From: a virus
Reading direction: 5' to 3' (one strand)
Virus record (IMG/VR): IMGVR_UViG_3300043399_000524
Coordinates: 32,001-96,000 of that record
DNA length: 64,000 nt
Shown here: positions 9,108 through 18,452 of the stretch, one piece after another
Numbering within the stretch: position 1 is the first letter of the stretch
Layout: each line of letters starts with the position of its first letter
Made by a program: the position numbers and the translations under genes
The notes under the pieces: generated by a model
What the model was told of the DNA's origin: nothing
The model's database searches: none
What the model saw: only the letters and a program-made list of their open reading frames with translations

Positions 9108-9985
9108 TGTGTATCATAGTTGCGAAATACTTTGATGGAATTGGATGGGCGGGCGCAAAGAATCGTGACCGTAAGTATATTCCAACACTAGATTTTTTAA
9201 TTGAAGATGTAGGTGATGTTGAACGTTGTATGATGCATGACCAAATAACAGGTTATAAAGAAGGCATCAACAGTTATGGTTTAAGTATACTGAACACAAG
9301 TTTAGATGTACTAGAAGATGAGCCGGAAGTTGAATCGGGTAAGGCAAAGAATAGTCCTGACGGTCAAGCAATAGCAGAAGCATTGGCGATGAAAGATCCG
9401 TTGGATGCAGTAAAACATCTAATCAAAAAGAAACTTGTAGGGTGTACCATCGTCTTTAATAAAGAAGATATGTATCTTATAGAAGCCGCTGACCAAGATG
9501 GCACAAGATCCTACGAATTTGTTGTAAAAAAGATAGCAAAGAAGAACATAGTAGCAAGAACTAATCATGGAATCTATCTTCCGTGGGCAAGTTTTCAACG
9601 TGTTGAGGGCGATGAGGAACAAACACTTGATAGAATATCTAGCGAAGCGAGGCTTTTACAAGCAGAAGAAGTCGTAAAGAATGCTAAATCTCCGCAAGAC
9701 TTAGTAGATGGATTGTGTCAAGTCAATGTTAACAATCCTCAGCTAAATATAATGAGATTCAGTACAGAAGAAAACAAGTTTCGCACAACAAGTCAGCAGT
9801 TATGTGTACCCAAAGAACGTACATTATATTGTCGTCCAGTGAGTAGCAACTTACAATTTAATTTCTGGGAACTGAATAAGCCAAACCGTGACACATGGGT
9901 AGAAATTATAAGCAACAGAGAATTGTGGAAACATTCAAAGAAAAATCTACCGTTTGATGATGTCAATTTGAAAGATATAGAATGA
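9107..9985 (+). CDS. Ntn-hydrolase-fold protein (Cys nucleophile; C45/NRDE-like)
   Basis: Cys at position 2 (MCIIVA), NRD, EGINSYGL, RTNH. Confidence 0.65.
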   Translation: MCIIVAKYFDGIGWAGAKNRDRKYIPTLDFLIEDVGDVERCMMHDQITGYKEGINSYGLSILNTSLDVLEDEPEVESGKAKNSPDGQAIAEALAMKDPLDAVKHLIKKKLVGCTIVFNKEDMYLIEAADQDGTRSYEFVVKKIAKKNIVARTNHGIYLPWASFQRVEGDEEQTLDRISSEARLLQAEEVVKNAKSPQDLVDGLCQVNVNNPQLNIMRFSTEENKFRTTSQQLCVPKERTLYCRPVSSNLQFNFWELNKPNRDTWVEIISNRELWKHSKKNLPFDDVNLKDIE

Positions 9986-10383
9986 GAGCAAGAGAGTTTA
10001 TCACTGAAACAAAATACGGCTCTGCCGAAGATGTTTCAGCCGACGCCAAAAAACTACCAAAAAGCCAAGCCTCTGCTCTCAAAGGTGCTGTAAGTATGCC
10101 TGACATTTCACAAGTAAAACAAGGTGGTAGTCCATACGCACAATGGCGTTTTGGTATAGCAATGGCAGGGGCACCCGATTTTCCTACTGAACCTGCAGGG
10201 GCATTTGCCGGCGACCCTCTACTGGCAACATATACAGATGTTGAGATGGATATTATCAACAAAGCAGCTAAGTTTATTGGCGCTGGCGAAGTTAAACAAC
10301 TAACTAACAACAGAAGTCAAGAAGCCGATTGGGTCAACAAGAATAGTTTAGTAAAACCATTTAAAGGTTACAAAAGAAAATAA
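9982..10383 (+). CDS. MRAREFI-family protein C, putative internal head protein
   Basis: MRAREFITE leader; QWRFGIAMAGA matches QYRFGVALAGA of protein A; ends PFKGYKRK. Confidence 0.7.
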   Translation: MRAREFITETKYGSAEDVSADAKKLPKSQASALKGAVSMPDISQVKQGGSPYAQWRFGIAMAGAPDFPTEPAGAFAGDPLLATYTDVEMDIINKAAKFIGAGEVKQLTNNRSQEADWVNKNSLVKPFKGYKRK

Positions 10384-10434
10384 TTTAAATCAATCCTCAC
10401 TGTATAAGTAATTTTATACTTTATAGGATTTTCA

Positions 10435-11124
10435 ATGATTGACATAAACAATACACTTGACTTAGTTAAATTAAAACTCTACAATGAGTGGATTTATACA
10501 GCACATATTTATGATGAGGGCCCTAGCCCAATGCATGAAACACTAACTAAACAAGTTGTAGAAAAATACATCGATCCCATAAATTTACCTAAAAACTCTA
10601 AAATCTTGGATATGGGCTGCGGCCCTGGGTATTTTTTGGATCAAATGAAAGAACGCGGATACACTGACCTCATCGGTGTAACTCTAAGTCCCGGAGATAT
10701 AAAAGTATGCGAAAGCAAGGGTCATAAAATTGCAAAGTATGATTTGAGTTTTTTACCCCAAAAAGATGGCTATTACGATGAATCTGTTGACTTCATTTTC
10801 TGCCGTCATGCACTAGAACATAGTCCATACCCGATCTTCACCTTAATGGAATATAACCGTATTTTAAAGCAAAACGGCAAAATATACATAGAATTACCCC
10901 AACCAGATTGTGAACGCAAGCACGAGTACAATCTAAATCACTATAGTATTTTTGGTGAAAATCAATTGGCTGCTTTATTAATTCGTTGCGGTTTTAACAT
11001 TGATATGTTCAACAAACTAGAATTTGACATACAAGGTAAGAGGGAAAATGACGAAGTTTTCATAGCCAAAGAAAAATTCTATTGTATTGTAGTCACAAAA
11101 GCAAGACCATTAGATATCAAGTAA
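10435..11124 (+). CDS. class I SAM-dependent methyltransferase
   Basis: ILDMGCGPG motif I; VDFIFCRHALEH; RILKQNG. Confidence 0.85.
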   Translation: MIDINNTLDLVKLKLYNEWIYTAHIYDEGPSPMHETLTKQVVEKYIDPINLPKNSKILDMGCGPGYFLDQMKERGYTDLIGVTLSPGDIKVCESKGHKIAKYDLSFLPQKDGYYDESVDFIFCRHALEHSPYPIFTLMEYNRILKQNGKIYIELPQPDCERKHEYNLNHYSIFGENQLAALLIRCGFNIDMFNKLEFDIQGKRENDEVFIAKEKFYCIVVTKARPLDIK

Positions 11125-11157
11125 AACGATAAATACTCACTATAAGTGAGTATTTTT

Positions 11158-12786
11158 ATGGCTACACCAGAACCAACCGAAGTCGCACCTTGGTATTTGC
11201 GAAATATCAATCAGGCGCTAGAATTAGATAATGTAACAGGACAAGTACATGTCCGTAGTTCTATTGTGGGAGGTAATGTAACGATAGCAGGAAATATCAT
11301 TGTCAGTAATATCACTGTCGATGCTATGGGAAACATCGACTTGTCTGGTAACACAATGCCGGTCAGTGGAAATGTAACAGTAGATACAATTACTGGTAAT
11401 GTTAACGTTACGCAAGGAACTGATCCCTGGATAGTGTCAGGAAATGTCAATATTGATTCATTACCGGAAGTTGAGATTAAAAACGACATTGATAATCCTA
11501 TACCAATCAGTAAAGATACTAGTGTCAACTCAATAACTAACCCTATCTATGTATCAGGTGTAAACAATGCAAGTTTCTTTGCACCAACACAATCAGATGC
11601 ATTCGGTAGGTTGCGTGTAAGCAATCCGCAGACATTATTTGATACACAAGCAAGATACTATGACCATCAACAATTTGCTTCAAATACAGTTGGTGGAGGA
11701 AATGTAGTTTATAATGCAAATTCAAGCACATTTGCTATGAATGTGGGTACAGGATCAACCGATAGTGTCTTTAGAGAAACATATAAAGTATTCCCGTATC
11801 AACCAGGTAAGAGTTTGTTGATATTGTCAACATTCTGTATGAATGCTCCTAAAGCTAATTTAAGACAACGAGCAGGCTATTTCAGTGCTAATAATGGTAT
11901 ATATTTTGAAATAGACGGTACAACTTTAAACATGGTTATCAGAAGCAGTAGCAGTGGTGTTATTGTGGAAGATAGAGTACCGCAAATAAATTGGAACGGC
12001 GATACGTTATTAGGTACAGGTGGATCAACTAATCTGAGTGGTATACAACTAAATCCAGCAGTAGACCAAATTTGGTTTACTGATATTGAATGGTTGGGTG
12101 TAGGTAGTGTTCGTGTTGGGTTCGTTATAGACGGTCAATATATCGTATGTCATACTTTCCCGCATGCTAACGTTTTAGGTAATACTACAACATACATGAC
12201 AACAGCTAGTTTGCCGCTAAGATATGAAATTACAAATACAGGAACAACAGCAAGTAATAGTACATTAAGGCAGATTTGTTCTAGTGTTATTTCTGAGGGT
12301 GGGTACCAATTATCAGGAACACCAAGATCAATTGGTCACGCATTGAATGCACCGGTAACACTACCTAACGACCAATCATTTAAACCAATATTAAGTATTA
12401 GACTAAAGAGTACTATGTTGGATGCCATCGTATTACCAACATATTTTACCATTGCTCCTACAGCACAAAGTACATTCAAGTACAGAATTTACAGTCGTGC
12501 AATCACCACCGGAGGATCATGGGTAGGTGTAGACGGAGCTTTTGAAAGCCCGGTTGAATACAATTTAAATCCGACTACTATATCAAGTGGTGCAATAGTC
12601 ACTGAAGGATTTATTATTTCTAGTAACCAAGCATCGGCCGCCCCTTCGCAAGTTGCATTTGGATTTGAAGTTCAACTGCAAAGAAACTCTTTTACTAGTG
12701 TTGCTTATGAGTATGTAATTGCTGTTGCTACTACGGGTACTAACCAAACGGTATATTCAAGTATTGAGTGGCAAGAAGTTAACTAA
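11158..12786 (+). CDS. putative virion structural protein
   Basis: GNV-rich beta-repeat N-terminus, DAFGRLRVSNP, T/S/G-rich beta C-terminus; late promoter 11128-11135. Confidence 0.6.
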   Translation: MATPEPTEVAPWYLRNINQALELDNVTGQVHVRSSIVGGNVTIAGNIIVSNITVDAMGNIDLSGNTMPVSGNVTVDTITGNVNVTQGTDPWIVSGNVNIDSLPEVEIKNDIDNPIPISKDTSVNSITNPIYVSGVNNASFFAPTQSDAFGRLRVSNPQTLFDTQARYYDHQQFASNTVGGGNVVYNANSSTFAMNVGTGSTDSVFRETYKVFPYQPGKSLLILSTFCMNAPKANLRQRAGYFSANNGIYFEIDGTTLNMVIRSSSSGVIVEDRVPQINWNGDTLLGTGGSTNLSGIQLNPAVDQIWFTDIEWLGVGSVRVGFVIDGQYIVCHTFPHANVLGNTTTYMTTASLPLRYEITNTGTTASNSTLRQICSSVISEGGYQLSGTPRSIGHALNAPVTLPNDQSFKPILSIRLKSTMLDAIVLPTYFTIAPTAQSTFKYRIYSRAITTGGSWVGVDGAFESPVEYNLNPTTISSGAIVTEGFIISSNQASAAPSQVAFGFEVQLQRNSFTSVAYEYVIAVATTGTNQTVYSSIEWQEVN

Positions 12787-12812
12787 CGAATATTATTGAA
12801 ATAAATAATGGT

Positions 12813-14363
12813 ATGAGTGGAACACCTACCTTAGTCAAGACCCCTTATCAAAAGACACATTTTAAAACCGATAAGGAACTACAAGATTTTATAAAGTGTT
12901 GTGACCCTGACACGGGTTATCTATATTTTATGGATAATTTCTTTTACATACAACATCCTACTAAGGGAAGTATGTTGTATCATCCTTGGCCCTACCAAGA
13001 AAGATTGATCGAAACATACCACAAGTATAGATATTCAATCAGTCTAATGCCTCGACAGTCAGGTAAGTCAACAAGTGCAGCAGGATATCTATTATGGTAT
13101 GCTATGTTTGTACCCGATTCAACTATTCTTATTGCAGCGCACAAATATACAGGTGCTCAAGAAATCATGCAACGTATTCGCTATGCATATGAAGCATGTC
13201 CCGATCACATTAAAGCAGGTGTCACAACATATAACAAGGGTTCGTTAGACTTTGAGAACGGATCTCGTATAGTAAGTGCAACAACGACTGAAAATACAGG
13301 TCGTGGTATGTCTATCTCACTTTTATACTTAGACGAATTTGCGTTCGTTAGACCTAGCATTGCTACAGAATTCTGGACAGCTATTACTCCTACATTGGCA
13401 ACCGGTGGTAAAGCAATTATCACTAGTACACCAAACAGTGACGAAGACCAGTTTGCATTGATTTGGAAAGGTGCTAACAAGTGTGAAGATGAGTTTGGAA
13501 ATACAACAGAAGTCGGTGTAAACGGATTCAGAGCATATAGAGCATACTATACAGAACAACCCGGCCGTGATGAAAAATGGGCAGCAGAAATGAAGGCACA
13601 ACTCGGTGAAGATAGATTCCGCCGAGAGATTGGGTGTGAATTCATTATTGCTGATGAAACATTAATTGCTCCTACAACATTGATCGACTTAGAGGGAATC
13701 GAACCTGTCAGTCGCATGGGTCAAGTTCGTTGGTACGACACTCCTAAAAAAGGCAACATCTATGTTGTTGCATTAGATCCTAGTATCGGTACCGGTGGCG
13801 ACCCTGCTGCCATACAAGTTTTTGAGGCTAATTCAACCAAGCAAATAGCAGAATGGAAGCATAATCGTACGGATATCCCTAGTCAGATTAAATTACTAGC
13901 ACAAATCACGAAACATATATCTGAAATTACAGGTGAACCTAACAATATCTATTATTCAATAGAGTGTAACGGTATTGGCGAAGCAGCGATTGTGTCACTA
14001 AATGAATACGGAGAAAGCAACATTCAGGGCATTTTCTTGACTGAATCAGGAAAGTCAAGCCGCCGCGGCTTTAACACTACAAACAAAAGCAAACTTGCAG
14101 CTTGTGCCAAGTTCAAAACATTGGTTGAGAGCAAGAAAATGAAGGTAAATAGTCGTAGTCTTATAGGAGAAATGAAGTCATTCATAGCCCACGGTGGAAG
14201 TTATGCAGCCAAAGTCGGAGACACAGACGATTTAATTATGGCATCATTATTGGCTGTTAGAATGCTACAGCAATTAAGCGATTATCATTATGATTTAGAA
14301 GAACAAATTCGTGACCATGATGAAACAATACAGCCCCTGCCCTTTTACGCTGTTTTAGCTTAA
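12813..14363 (+). CDS. gp17: terminase large subunit (T4 gp17-like)
   Basis: PRQSGKST Walker A, LLYLDEFAF Walker B, ITSTPN, ALDPS nuclease, DDLIMA. Confidence 0.95.
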   Translation: MSGTPTLVKTPYQKTHFKTDKELQDFIKCCDPDTGYLYFMDNFFYIQHPTKGSMLYHPWPYQERLIETYHKYRYSISLMPRQSGKSTSAAGYLLWYAMFVPDSTILIAAHKYTGAQEIMQRIRYAYEACPDHIKAGVTTYNKGSLDFENGSRIVSATTTENTGRGMSISLLYLDEFAFVRPSIATEFWTAITPTLATGGKAIITSTPNSDEDQFALIWKGANKCEDEFGNTTEVGVNGFRAYRAYYTEQPGRDEKWAAEMKAQLGEDRFRREIGCEFIIADETLIAPTTLIDLEGIEPVSRMGQVRWYDTPKKGNIYVVALDPSIGTGGDPAAIQVFEANSTKQIAEWKHNRTDIPSQIKLLAQITKHISEITGEPNNIYYSIECNGIGEAAIVSLNEYGESNIQGIFLTESGKSSRRGFNTTNKSKLAACAKFKTLVESKKMKVNSRSLIGEMKSFIAHGGSYAAKVGDTDDLIMASLLAVRMLQQLSDYHYDLEEQIRDHDETIQPLPFYAVLA

Positions 14364-14378
14364 AAGATAAATACTTAT

Positions 14379-16655
14379 ATGCCAAAAAATACAGATTCAT
14401 TAAACCGTTCATTATTTGAACTATTAAACAGCAAGGGATATGACCCTACACTATTAAGCACTGCGGGTAAGGAAACACCAACACCTGAGGAAGCAGAAGT
14501 TTTCCAATTCAACTTTGTTAAAGACGGCGAAGATTACGGAAAAGTCACAATGTCTATTGATGGATTACATAAACTAGTTATCTATTACGACGATGACATT
14601 GCTAATAGCGAAAAAGAAGAAAATGAATCTGGTGATTTATCTTGGTATCAGTTATTAAATCAATTGAAAAAATTCGCACAGAAATATCAATTGAGTTTTG
14701 AATTACGGAATGTAAGCAACTTAAAGCACGATATGGCAAAAAGGGAATATATGAAAAAGAAAGAATCTATTGCAGAGGGATATTATCCAATGGGCAAGAA
14801 AGCAAGTTACAGTGATGCTGTACCTAGCGTAAAGATTGTATTACAACACACTCGCCAAATAGAAGAAGGTGAGCAACGTTACCGTAATATTGCTAGAATC
14901 TTTTTAGAAAACGAACAAGGCGAAAGATTCTTAGCTCCCACAACTAAGCCAGGTATTGCCCGTGTATATGCTCGCCACATTGCTGAAGGTGGTCAGCCTC
15001 ATGACGAGCGTTGGAATCATATCAATAGTTTGTGCGAAGAATATCAAAAAATGGCAGGATTTGTTCGTGCAGTTCGCAATGGACAATTTAATGAATCAGC
15101 ACAACAATTGGTTAATGAAGGGGTTAATCATTATCAGTCATTGCGTGAGTCACTAAGCAAGTTAACAGGTCATCGTGGTTACAATGCATATTTTGAAAGT
15201 TGGACTCCTCCATTAATGGAAGATGACACTGATACAAGCAATATCAATGAATTGTTCGTACAAGAAACTGTTGATCCTCGCATTGAATCTGTTATGCCTA
15301 TTCTTTCTAAACTTCAAAAGAAGATTAGCGAGATGAGTGAAGTTAATCAATTAGCAGAATGGGCAGATAATTTAACAGAAGGTGGCGATGGCGGTGAAGC
15401 TAGCGAAGAACCAGTTGAACAAATCGAAGAAGAAGAAAGTTTAACAAGTAAAAATCCAGGTGGTATACCTGAAGGTCATTTGAGCAATCCAGGTGTGGAA
15501 GATAGTCCTGTAGTCAATTCAATTACTCGCCGCATTATAAATCAGCGCACAGACCTATTAGCAAAACATGGCCCTGAAAAAGTTGCACAAGCAATTGACA
15601 GTGTTGCTCATTTTGTAGGTGATGTTGATGAAATTGGTTCTAGTGATATCAGCGGTTGGGTCAAACAAGTTGAAGATGAACTAAACAGTGTAACGGAAAG
15701 TATTGTTGACGATTATGAAGATATGAGCGATAGCGAATTAATGCGTCATGCTCGTATGCTAGGTTTAGAAGATAACATTGTCATGGATGGCGAAGGTGGT
15801 TTAGCTAACCGTATGGAAATGATTTATTTGCTACAACAAGAAGCAGGTGATAATCTAGAAGAAAGCGGATTACAAGCATACTTAGGTAACAAAAAGTATG
15901 GCAAAGAAGGTATGGACGCACTACGAAAAGCGGGTCGTGAACATGCAAGCAAAGAAAAAATGGCAAAGATTCGTGCTAAGTATGACAAACTAGATGAAGA
16001 AGATGTTGAAGAAGGTTTAGGTGATGTTGCTAAGAAAGTTGGCAGCGCATTGAAGAAGGGTGCTACAGCAGTTGGTAAGGCAATCGTAGGTCCTGATGAT
16101 GACGAATTATTAAGAGACTTAAAAAAGAGAGCCGGCGTTCGTAACCCACAAACTGGCAAGCCAAGTATGGCGCACAGTGATGTAGAAAAGCGTGAAGAAG
16201 GTGTGGCGGAAGGTGGCTATCAAGATGATAGTAAAGAGCGTGAAGAAAATTTAAGATACGCCCGCACTCGCAATCCTGTTGCCGATGTGATTCGCAAGAA
16301 ATTAAATCCTAATCAGAAACCAGAAAAAGAGCAAGGTGTGGCGGAAGATTTAGATGCTAACCAAAAGCGTGTTGGTCAATTAGGTCCTTACGAAAAAGTT
16401 AAGAATAACAATATCGGTAAACTAGTCGGTGCTAATGAGAATTTTATCAATACAGATGACCAAGCAGTTGTAACTGAAACTAATCCTAAAGGTAAAGTTG
16501 ATTTTGCAGCTAAATTCAAGAAAAATATTGATAAAGTAAACCAGAATAAAAAAAGTACTGACGAGAAAATAAAACAGCACCATGATGACCAAAATAAACA
16601 AGTCAAAGAAGGACAAGAAGACCTCGATGCTATCCTAAGAATTATCAGAAAGTAA
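14379..16655 (+). CDS. large acidic protein, probable proteolytically processed head protein
   Basis: Late promoter 14366-14373; many hydrophobic-x-E sites in C-terminal half. Confidence 0.6.
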   Translation: MPKNTDSLNRSLFELLNSKGYDPTLLSTAGKETPTPEEAEVFQFNFVKDGEDYGKVTMSIDGLHKLVIYYDDDIANSEKEENESGDLSWYQLLNQLKKFAQKYQLSFELRNVSNLKHDMAKREYMKKKESIAEGYYPMGKKASYSDAVPSVKIVLQHTRQIEEGEQRYRNIARIFLENEQGERFLAPTTKPGIARVYARHIAEGGQPHDERWNHINSLCEEYQKMAGFVRAVRNGQFNESAQQLVNEGVNHYQSLRESLSKLTGHRGYNAYFESWTPPLMEDDTDTSNINELFVQETVDPRIESVMPILSKLQKKISEMSEVNQLAEWADNLTEGGDGGEASEEPVEQIEEEESLTSKNPGGIPEGHLSNPGVEDSPVVNSITRRIINQRTDLLAKHGPEKVAQAIDSVAHFVGDVDEIGSSDISGWVKQVEDELNSVTESIVDDYEDMSDSELMRHARMLGLEDNIVMDGEGGLANRMEMIYLLQQEAGDNLEESGLQAYLGNKKYGKEGMDALRKAGREHASKEKMAKIRAKYDKLDEEDVEEGLGDVAKKVGSALKKGATAVGKAIVGPDDDELLRDLKKRAGVRNPQTGKPSMAHSDVEKREEGVAEGGYQDDSKEREENLRYARTRNPVADVIRKKLNPNQKPEKEQGVAEDLDANQKRVGQLGPYEKVKNNNIGKLVGANENFINTDDQAVVTETNPKGKVDFAAKFKKNIDKVNQNKKSTDEKIKQHHDDQNKQVKEGQEDLDAILRIIRK
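16198..16347 (+). repeat. exact 15-bp direct repeat AAGGTGTGGCGGAAG (16198-16212, 16333-16347)
   Basis: Read directly; encodes GVAE in both copies. Confidence 0.9.
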
Positions 16656-16664
16656 TTCTCCCAA

Positions 16665-16689
16665 AAACCTCACTTAAAATGTGAGGTTT
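16665..16689 (+). terminator. stem-loop after the 758-aa gene
   Basis: AAACCTCAC-ttaaaat-GTGAGGTTT. Confidence 0.55.
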
Positions 16690-16705
16690 ACCATATCCAA
16701 AAGGC

Positions 16706-16775
16706 ATAAATAAAAGTGTAGTTCGCGGAATTGGCGTTCCCAACTACTCTAATGCTATGAAGGAGCACCAGCATG
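16706..16775 (+). promoter_or_regulatory. late promoter plus structured leader of a GIY-YIG gene
   Basis: ATAAATA; GTAGTT/AACTAC enclosing GGAA/TTCC; TGCT/AGCA stem over the AAGGAG SD. Confidence 0.6.
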
Positions 16776-17294
16776 AATATTTATGATAGGTCAAACCCAC
16801 CTCAAGGGTTCTATGTATACGCATATCTCAGAGAAGATGGCACCCCATACTATGTAGGCAAAGGCAAAAGCGTTAGGGCCTCAGCAGACCATAAACACAT
16901 ACCTGTACCAAAAGATCACAATAGGATAAAAATACTTCAACATGGCTTGACAGAAGAACAAGCCTTCGCAGCCGAAAGCAAACATATTCTTGAATATGGA
17001 AGAAAAGATTTAGGAACAGGTATACTTATAAACAGAACTAACGGCGGCGAGGGTCCTACCGGAATGACGCATTCCGAAGAAACTAAACTCAAAATGAGAG
17101 AGTCACATAAAACGCAAATACCTTGGAATAAAGGCCTAAAGACAGGACCACTATCACCAGACCATATAGCTAGAAGTGCCGCCGGCAGAATAGGTAAACC
17201 ACGATCACCTGAATCAAAAGCAAAGCAAGCCGCCACAATGAAGGGTAGAGTTCCTTGGAATAAGGGAAAACAAAAAGTTAAAAAGGACGAATAA
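16773..17294 (+). mobile_element. free-standing GIY-YIG homing endonuclease with NUMOD3-like motifs
   Basis: [49 protein letters not shown] x2. Confidence 0.88.
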
Positions 17295-17307
17295 GGACTA
17301 AATATAT

Positions 17308-17337
17308 TTGACATTCAGAGTATTGATCGCTACAATA
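17308..17337 (+). promoter_or_regulatory. sigma70-like promoter for SSB gene
   Basis: TTGACA-N17-TACAAT. Confidence 0.6.
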
Positions 17338-17412
17338 ACTGTATGTTAGTCTCTCATAGGGAGAGGCGAATACTTAATAGAGACCATCTCAATTTTATAA
17401 GGAAATATTATT

Positions 17413-18411
17413 ATGGCATCACTAGCGGAAATTAGGGCACGAATTGCTGCCCAAGAAAACAAAGGTCAAAACAGGGGTTCTAACACCCAATCTGACAACT
17501 CAATCTACCCCCACTGGAACATTGACGAAGGCACGACAGCTACTGTTCGTTTCTTGCCCGACGCAAACACCAACAACACATTCTTTTGGGTAGAACGACA
17601 ACTAATCAAACTTCCATTCAATGGTGTTAAGGGCGACCCAAACATCAAGCAAACTGTTGTAACAGTTCCTTGCATGGAAATGTATGGTGAGGCATGTCCT
17701 ATTCTTGCGGAAGTTCGTCCTTGGTACAAAGACGAATCACTAAAAGAATTGGCAAACAAATACTGGAAAAAGCGTAGTTATATTTTCCAAGGCTTTGTTC
17801 GTCAAAATCCACTTGGTGATGACGCTACACCAGCGAACCCAATTCGCAGATTCATTATCAGTTCACAAATTTTCAATGTCATTAAGTCTAGCTTAATGGA
17901 TCCTGAAATGGAAGAATTGCCAACAGACTATCTACGTGGTATTGATTTCAACATTAAGAAAATCAGTAAAGGTGGTTATGCAGATTACTCTACAAGTAAC
18001 TGGGCCCGCAAAGAAAGTGCATTGACTGAGGCAGAGCAAGCTGCTATTGAAGCACATGGTCTTTTCAATCTTTCTGACTTCTTGCCCAAGAAGCCAACCG
18101 AAGCAGAACTCAAGGTTATCAAAGAAATGTTTGAGGCATCTGTAGACGGTCAACCGTTCGATAACGAACGTTGGGGCGCATACTATCGTCCATATGGTGT
18201 TGATGCACCTGCAGGAGCGACAGCGGCACAAACATCAGCAGCACCGACCGTGGCTGCACCCGCAACAGCACCCGTAGCAGACTCTGTACCATGGAATGAC
18301 GAAGAACAAGCTCCACAAGCAAGTTCTCCTGTTGAAGTTCCCAAAACAACTTCTAGCGATAAAGCGCAAGACATTCTAGCAATGATTCGTGCTAGACAAA
18401 ATAAGTCTTGA
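17413..18411 (+). CDS. gp32: single-stranded DNA-binding protein (T4 gp32-like)
   Basis: VRFLP, CPI, YWKKRSY, GYADYSTS; A/P-rich linker in C-terminal region. Confidence 0.85.
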   Translation: MASLAEIRARIAAQENKGQNRGSNTQSDNSIYPHWNIDEGTTATVRFLPDANTNNTFFWVERQLIKLPFNGVKGDPNIKQTVVTVPCMEMYGEACPILAEVRPWYKDESLKELANKYWKKRSYIFQGFVRQNPLGDDATPANPIRRFIISSQIFNVIKSSLMDPEMEELPTDYLRGIDFNIKKISKGGYADYSTSNWARKESALTEAEQAAIEAHGLFNLSDFLPKKPTEAELKVIKEMFEASVDGQPFDNERWGAYYRPYGVDAPAGATAAQTSAAPTVAAPATAPVADSVPWNDEEQAPQASSPVEVPKTTSSDKAQDILAMIRARQNKS

Positions 18412-18420
18412 TAGGTAATG

Positions 18421-18436
18421 AGGGGCTTCGGCCCCT
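18421..18436 (+). terminator. C(UUCG)G hairpin after SSB
   Basis: AGGGGC-TTCG-GCCCCT; short T tail. Confidence 0.6.
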
Positions 18437-18452
18437 TCCTAAGGAGAATTCC

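Noticed and set aside
14055-14067. TCAAGCCGCCGCGG-like stretch shared between terminase (~14055) and subtilase (~46857)
   Set aside because: Both encode SSRRG in unrelated proteins; only two copies; chance is adequate
12813-14363. Inteins in terminase, helicases or UvsX
   Set aside because: Lengths are normal, with no C...HN-(C/S/T) insertions
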